A DNA stretch of 64,000 bases, from the NCBI GenBank assembly GCA_963817895.1, contig CAWFQB010000004.1:608001-672000 (forward strand), read 5' to 3'. The stretch's first letter is position 1; the number at the start of each line of letters is the position of its first letter. The notes under the pieces are model-generated. The model was not told the DNA's origin. It did not search any database and saw nothing but the letters and a program-made list of their open reading frames with translations. This document shows positions 59,477 to 64,000 of the stretch, in pieces. Source of the stretch: an uncultured Chthonomonadaceae bacterium (GTDB lineage Bacteria > Armatimonadota > Chthonomonadetes > Chthonomonadales > Chthonomonadaceae). The position numbers and the translations under genes are program-made.

Positions 59477-60321
59477 AATTCCCGTTCCTCTCCCGTACTG
59501 GCACGCAGGAGTTGTCCCGTCGGTTCGGGAGTTGTGGCGTGAGCGGCGCGAAGAAGCGTGTCCGGTTGATTGGTGGGCGTATTAGCGGTGCGCAGGAGGG
59601 TTTCGGACACTTGCTGACGTTTCAGGCGGGCTTCCATGAGCGAGATGAGTTCTCGCACGATCTCTAAAGCAGAGACACCGCCGTATAACCACATAGAATT
59701 ATGGGCGAGTTGCTTCAAGCGCGTCAGCGTGGTTTGGCTGCCGATGGCGGCCAGAATGTGCAGCGTGAGCAGCATGGTTTCACTGGATCTGGTTGACGAC
59801 AGACCTTGCATCTCAACGTTAATTATCCAGAGTTGCTTTTGCTCCGCGTCGTCCAGCAGTCCGACGTGGTCTTCCGTGACGTGTTCGAGCAGGCGCAGTA
59901 TGGCGGCGCGTATCTGCGGATGCCGTCCCCAGGTGTGGCGCGTCGCCTGTATAAGCGTGGGCAGTGCGGCAACGTCGTTGGTTTGCGTGAGGGCGTAGAC
60001 GGCGTAGGGGTACTGTCTTGCGGCAAGGACGAACGGGAGCAGCAAGAGGGCTTCACAGGTGGCAACCCACAACCCCAGGGCGAAATCCCCCTTTAATGCG
60101 CCGGCTGCCAGAGCGAACAGCACCAGTGACCGGGCGGTAAGCGCAAGACTATGGTGTGTTTTTGCGCGGGAAGCGATGTAGTCCTGCAAGGCTTCGATTT
60201 GCAACGGAGTAAGTTGACGGAGCAGGGGTTCGTCCGCCCAGCGCCAGCCTCGGCGGGAAAGCAAGCGCATGATGCGTTTGGCTTCTCGATGCGGATGCGA
60301 GTTAAATTTGATGGCGGGCAT
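59473..60321 (-). CDS. 2-TM + HEAT-like protein with triple-LLR tail (array B, gene 1)
   Basis: YALTQTNDVAALPTLIQ, close paralog of 57679-58533; TLLR..TLLR..QLLR. Confidence 0.8.
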   Translation of the reverse strand: MPAIKFNSHPHREAKRIMRLLSRRGWRWADEPLLRQLTPLQIEALQDYIASRAKTHHSLALTARSLVLFALAAGALKGDFALGLWVATCEALLLLPFVLAARQYPYAVYALTQTNDVAALPTLIQATRHTWGRHPQIRAAILRLLEHVTEDHVGLLDDAEQKQLWIINVEMQGLSSTRSSETMLLTLHILAAIGSQTTLTRLKQLAHNSMWLYGGVSALEIVRELISLMEARLKRQQVSETLLRTANTPTNQPDTLLRAAHATTPEPTGQLLRASTGEEREL

Positions 60322-60353
60322 GGCGTTGGCTTTGGGCAGTGCGGAAGATTGTA

Positions 60354-60408
60354 CCCTCACCCCCGACCCCTCTCCCTGATTCGTCCGCTGCGCGGACAGG
60401 GAGAGGGG
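60354..60408. repeat. REP-like CCCTCACCCC...CCCTCTCC/GGAGAGGGG hairpin
   Basis: Related copies at about 13038-13088, 31382-31429 and 45869-45911. Confidence 0.7.
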
Positions 60409-60427
60409 AGCAAGTATGGAAGCCGGG

Positions 60428-61651
60428 TCACAGATTCGACGGCACATCTTCCGTCTGAGCTTCGCGTTCCAGAGCGATGAGCGTGTCGCGGCGGTTCCAT
60501 TCTGACCGCTCGAACATGTTCAGGCCGGGATCGCAGATGATGCCGTTTTCTTTGCGCGGTTCGCTGCTGTTCAGGAAATCCTCGTTGAGCGTCACGCCCC
60601 AGCCCGGACCGGACGGCAGATGGAAATGACCGTCAATCACTTCGGGATAGGGGCTTGCCACCTGCTTGATCTGCGAGTCGGTAAAGTCGTTGAAGTGTTC
60701 CAGAATTTTGGCGTTGCGCAGGCCGAACATCATGTGCAGCGTGGCGACAGTGGTAATCACGCCGCCGACGTTATGCGGGGCGGCCATGATGGAGTACGTT
60801 TCGGCAGTTGAGCAGATTTTCTTCGTTTCCAGCAATCCGCCGCACTGGTTCAAATCGGGCTGAATGATGTGCGCCAGCCGGTTGCCCAACAGGTCGCGGT
60901 ACTGCTGCGCGTGGTACAGGCGTTCCCCCGTCGCAATCGGAATACTGGTATGTTCCATCACATAGCGCAGGGCGGGAACGTCTTCGGGGCGGCACGGCTC
61001 TTCGATCCAGCCGGGGTTTAAGTGTTCGATGGCTTTGGCGATCTCGACGGCCTGATGCGGCGCGAACCGTCCGTGCATTTCCACGAATATTTGCACATTG
61101 TCGCCTGTCACGGAATGAACCGCTTCAATTAGTTCAATGGATTTGTGGAATTCGTGGCGCGACAGTTCCAGATTGCCGTTCCCGAACGGATCAAATTTCA
61201 AGCCTAAATACCCGCGTTCCACGACTTTCTGCGCGGCCTCAATGAACGCTTCGGGAGTGCGTTCGCCCTTGTACCAGCCGTTGGCATACGCGGGAATCCG
61301 ATCATGCACCTGTCCGCCAATGAGTTTGTAGACGGGCAGGTTGGCTTTTTTGCCGATGATGTCCCAACTCGCCATTTCCACCAGAGCGAGCGCGGACATA
61401 ACCACTTCCCCCGGTGAGCCGAAATCCAGCAGGGTAAATCGCCGGTACAGCGCCTCGATGCCGTACACGTCATGCCCGATGAAATGCCGCCGCGCGTCCT
61501 TCAGATACTCCAGCACGGTATGGGTCTTGCCCAAAATACGCGCTTCCCCCACGCCCGTCAGTCCGTCTTCCGTTTCTAAAACAAGGTACGTCAGGTTGCG
61601 CCAGGGCGTCGAAACTACGAATGTGCGATAGCCGGTAATCTTCAAGTTCAT
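60428..61651 (-). CDS. Mandelate racemase/galactonate dehydratase-like enolase-superfamily enzyme
   Basis: GLTGVGE, ASWDIIGK, KFDPFG, EMHGRF, WIEEP, IATGER, QPD, APHN. Confidence 0.9.
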   Translation of the reverse strand: MNLKITGYRTFVVSTPWRNLTYLVLETEDGLTGVGEARILGKTHTVLEYLKDARRHFIGHDVYGIEALYRRFTLLDFGSPGEVVMSALALVEMASWDIIGKKANLPVYKLIGGQVHDRIPAYANGWYKGERTPEAFIEAAQKVVERGYLGLKFDPFGNGNLELSRHEFHKSIELIEAVHSVTGDNVQIFVEMHGRFAPHQAVEIAKAIEHLNPGWIEEPCRPEDVPALRYVMEHTSIPIATGERLYHAQQYRDLLGNRLAHIIQPDLNQCGGLLETKKICSTAETYSIMAAPHNVGGVITTVATLHMMFGLRNAKILEHFNDFTDSQIKQVASPYPEVIDGHFHLPSGPGWGVTLNEDFLNSSEPRKENGIICDPGLNMFERSEWNRRDTLIALEREAQTEDVPSNL

Positions 61652-61660
61652 TCTCCGATG

Positions 61661-63401
61661 TTATTTATTTTCTCGAAACTGCGTATCTTTCCATTCGGCA
61701 AACAGGGGGCGCAGTTTGCCGCGCTGGTATTTGCCTGTAGAGGTGACGGGGAAGGTATCCCCGAACACGACTACTTTGGGCGATTTGGCGAAGGGGAGTT
61801 TTTCGCGGCAGGCGCGGAGTATTTCCGCTTCCGAAACGCTGCTGCCCTCTTCGCGCTGTACGTATGCGCCTACTTCTTCGCCATAGAAATTGTTTTCAAA
61901 GCCCACTGCCATTGCCGTGCGAATTCCGGGGATGGCGTTCAAAACCTCATCTATATCGAACGGCGACAGGTTGATGCCGCCCCGGATGATGAGTTCCTTC
62001 AAGCGTCCCGTGATAAAGAAATAGGGCAGGCCATCCGCGCCCATGCGGTAAAAGCCCTCATCTCCCGACCGGAACCAGCCATGCGTAAAGGCGTCACGGT
62101 TTGCGTCCGGGCGTCCATAATAGTACCGCATGACATTGACGCCGCGAATCACGATTTCGCCCCGCGTTTCGGATGGCAGCGCGTTGCCTGTCCGCGTCGT
62201 GTATCTGCATTTCGTTGACGGGAAGGGGGCAGCCTATACTTGGAAACCCGCACTCGCTGCATCCAGTAGTTGTATTCTTCCTCCGTTTGCTTTGCGGGCA
62301 GGAAGCAAGAATAGCACGTTGTTTCGCTCAGGCCGTACCCGTGCGTGATGCGCAGTCCGAATTTGTCATGAAAGCGGCGGGCCACTTCGACGGTCAGCGG
62401 GCCAGCGCCACACAGGATGCGCTTGAAGCGGGAAAGGTCGTACTGCGTAATATCCTCGCCCCGTTCCGTCAGAAACGCGAGAATGGTGGGAACGACACTG
62501 ACCCACGTACAGCCTTCCGCTTCCAGCGTTTTCCAGAACGAACCTGCGCTGAATTTACGATTGATAACCACGCTGCCGCCAATGACAAGCGGCGTCAGCA
62601 GTGTTACCACGATGCCGTTGACATGGTGCAGTGGCAGCACATTCATAGCGCGGTCGGCGTATCAAATTCCATCCACAGGCAAATCGCCATCGCGTCAGTA
62701 TATTAGATTGCCGTGTTCAAGGACAACGCCCTTTGGGCGGGCCGGTTGTGCCGGAAGTATAGACAATCAGACATTCGGTATTGGCGTGAACAGAGGGGCG
62801 TTCGCGTAACAGAGCTGTGTTGAACAGGGGAGTGGCAACAGCGCTTTCATAATCGCAGAGGGCGGCTGAAAGCGGGTAAATCGTAGGCAGGGGATTGTCT
62901 GTGTTTGCAGTTTCGGGCGTTGATTGCGACAGTTTATTCCATTTGTCTCGGTTTTCTTCGGGTATGAACAGGGCTTTTGCGCGGGAATGGTGGAGAATGT
63001 AGCGAATACGCTCTTCATCTTCGGCAGGATTGATAGGCACAATCGTTGCGCCCAACGTCCACGCGGCAAAGTAGACAAGCGCAGTACGCGGGTCGTTGAC
63101 CAGCAGCGTGGCGATGCGATCTCCAGGCATAATCTGCGCTTCAGCCTGCATCCATGCCTGCAAGCTCACGCAGGACTTCGATAAACTGCCGATAGCTGTA
63201 ACTGCCCGCGTGCCCGTTTTCATCGTAGTACGTAAGCCAGTTCGCATTCCACATACGTCCGTAACGCGCTCGCAGCAAATCGCCAATGACGGAACCGTAC
63301 ACTCGGACGGCATACGCGCCGGAAACGTCACGCGCATGAGCGATGTTGTCCTGCGTGTCAGACGTGACATTGAATTGTACATTCGTGTCGTTGTCGCTCA
63401 T
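61661..63401 (-). CDS. AMP-dependent acyl-CoA ligase, several frameshifts
   Basis: VYTSGTTGPPKG, VLPLHHVNG, HGYGLSET, GWFRSGD, GRLKELIIRGG, TSTGK. Confidence 0.88.
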
Positions 63402-63420
63402 GGGGAACCTGCCTCTGACG

Positions 63421-63470
63421 GAAAAAGCCTGCGCGCGTCGTTGGAATGTACGACGCGCGCAGGCTTTTTT
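63421..63470. terminator. Bidirectional terminator-like hairpin
   Basis: GAAAAAGCCTGCGCGCGTCGT-loop-ACGACGCGCGCAGGCTTTTTT. Confidence 0.75.
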
Positions 63471-63507
63471 CCTTCCGGCAGTAGCGGTTTAATCCGACAA
63501 AAGCGGA

Positions 63508-63720
63508 TTAGACGCTGAGATCGCTGCTCGTTTCCCTGCCGTCAATCAGGCCAAGCTGCATCAGGGCCATAGACGTGCTGGAAGCGGAAACGGGAAGACC
63601 GCTGATACCGGCATCGGCGGTCATTTTGCGCTGAAGGTCTTCGGCAAACGCCACGTCGTTATCGGACATAGCGCGTATCAGTTTCTTCAGCGTAACAAGC
63701 GAGGTTCGGCAGAATTGCAT
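63508..63720 (-). CDS. Small hypothetical protein
   Basis: 70-aa ORF with GGGAG upstream and a terminator downstream; no recognisable motif. Confidence 0.4.
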   Translation of the reverse strand: MQFCRTSLVTLKKLIRAMSDNDVAFAEDLQRKMTADAGISGLPVSASSTSMALMQLGLIDGRETSSDLSV

Positions 63721-64000
63721 GAGTATGAATACTCCCATCCAGAAAGAGCGACGGCCAACAGGGGCCAATGAATGAGATACGCGCGGGGCGCGTATGGGAG
63801 CAGTTGTGCTGTGTCCCTCACGGGGCAGCGGTAGTGCAAGTCATGCGCGGCGGAACGCATGGGACTTCCTATCCTTATCGGCGGAGAGCGAAGAAATGAT
63901 AAACAGGAAGATACCGCATGGACACTGCAAACGAAAACAATGTTCCCGCAATGATGCAGCTTCAGGAACATTGTATCTTAATTATGGCAAATGTCAAGAC

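Overview
Bacterial chromosomal window of moderately high GC. An Armatimonadota/Chthonomonadales-like origin is inferred from gene style only and is not proven. No rRNA, tRNA or CRISPR array was seen. Core content: metG; a pyrimidine operon with a PyrR-type leader (pyrR-pyrB-pyrC-carA and a carB split into two genes) heavily interleaved with accessory genes; moaD/moaE, nfo, a galU-like gene plus a GHMP sugar kinase, miaB, a GAF histidine kinase and Crp pair, glycoside hydrolases (DUF5695, GH5, GH2), an enolase-family enzyme and an acyl-CoA ligase. Two intact IS elements have inverted repeats and target-site duplications. Many single-base frameshifts cluster in conserved genes and are probably read errors. 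Most notable: (1) seven proteins from at least three unrelated families, mostly in tandem arrays behind metabolic/housekeeping genes, all carry a fixed-spacing LLR-x10/11-LLR-x12-LLR module at or near the C-terminus, a candidate undescribed sorting/interaction signal; (2) two tandem stand-alone class III nucleotide cyclases, both lacking the canonical Asn, follow a perfect TTGACA-N17-TATAAT promoter; (3) 7/8-mer and REP-like repeats are translated inside housekeeping enzymes (metG, carB, probably miaB).
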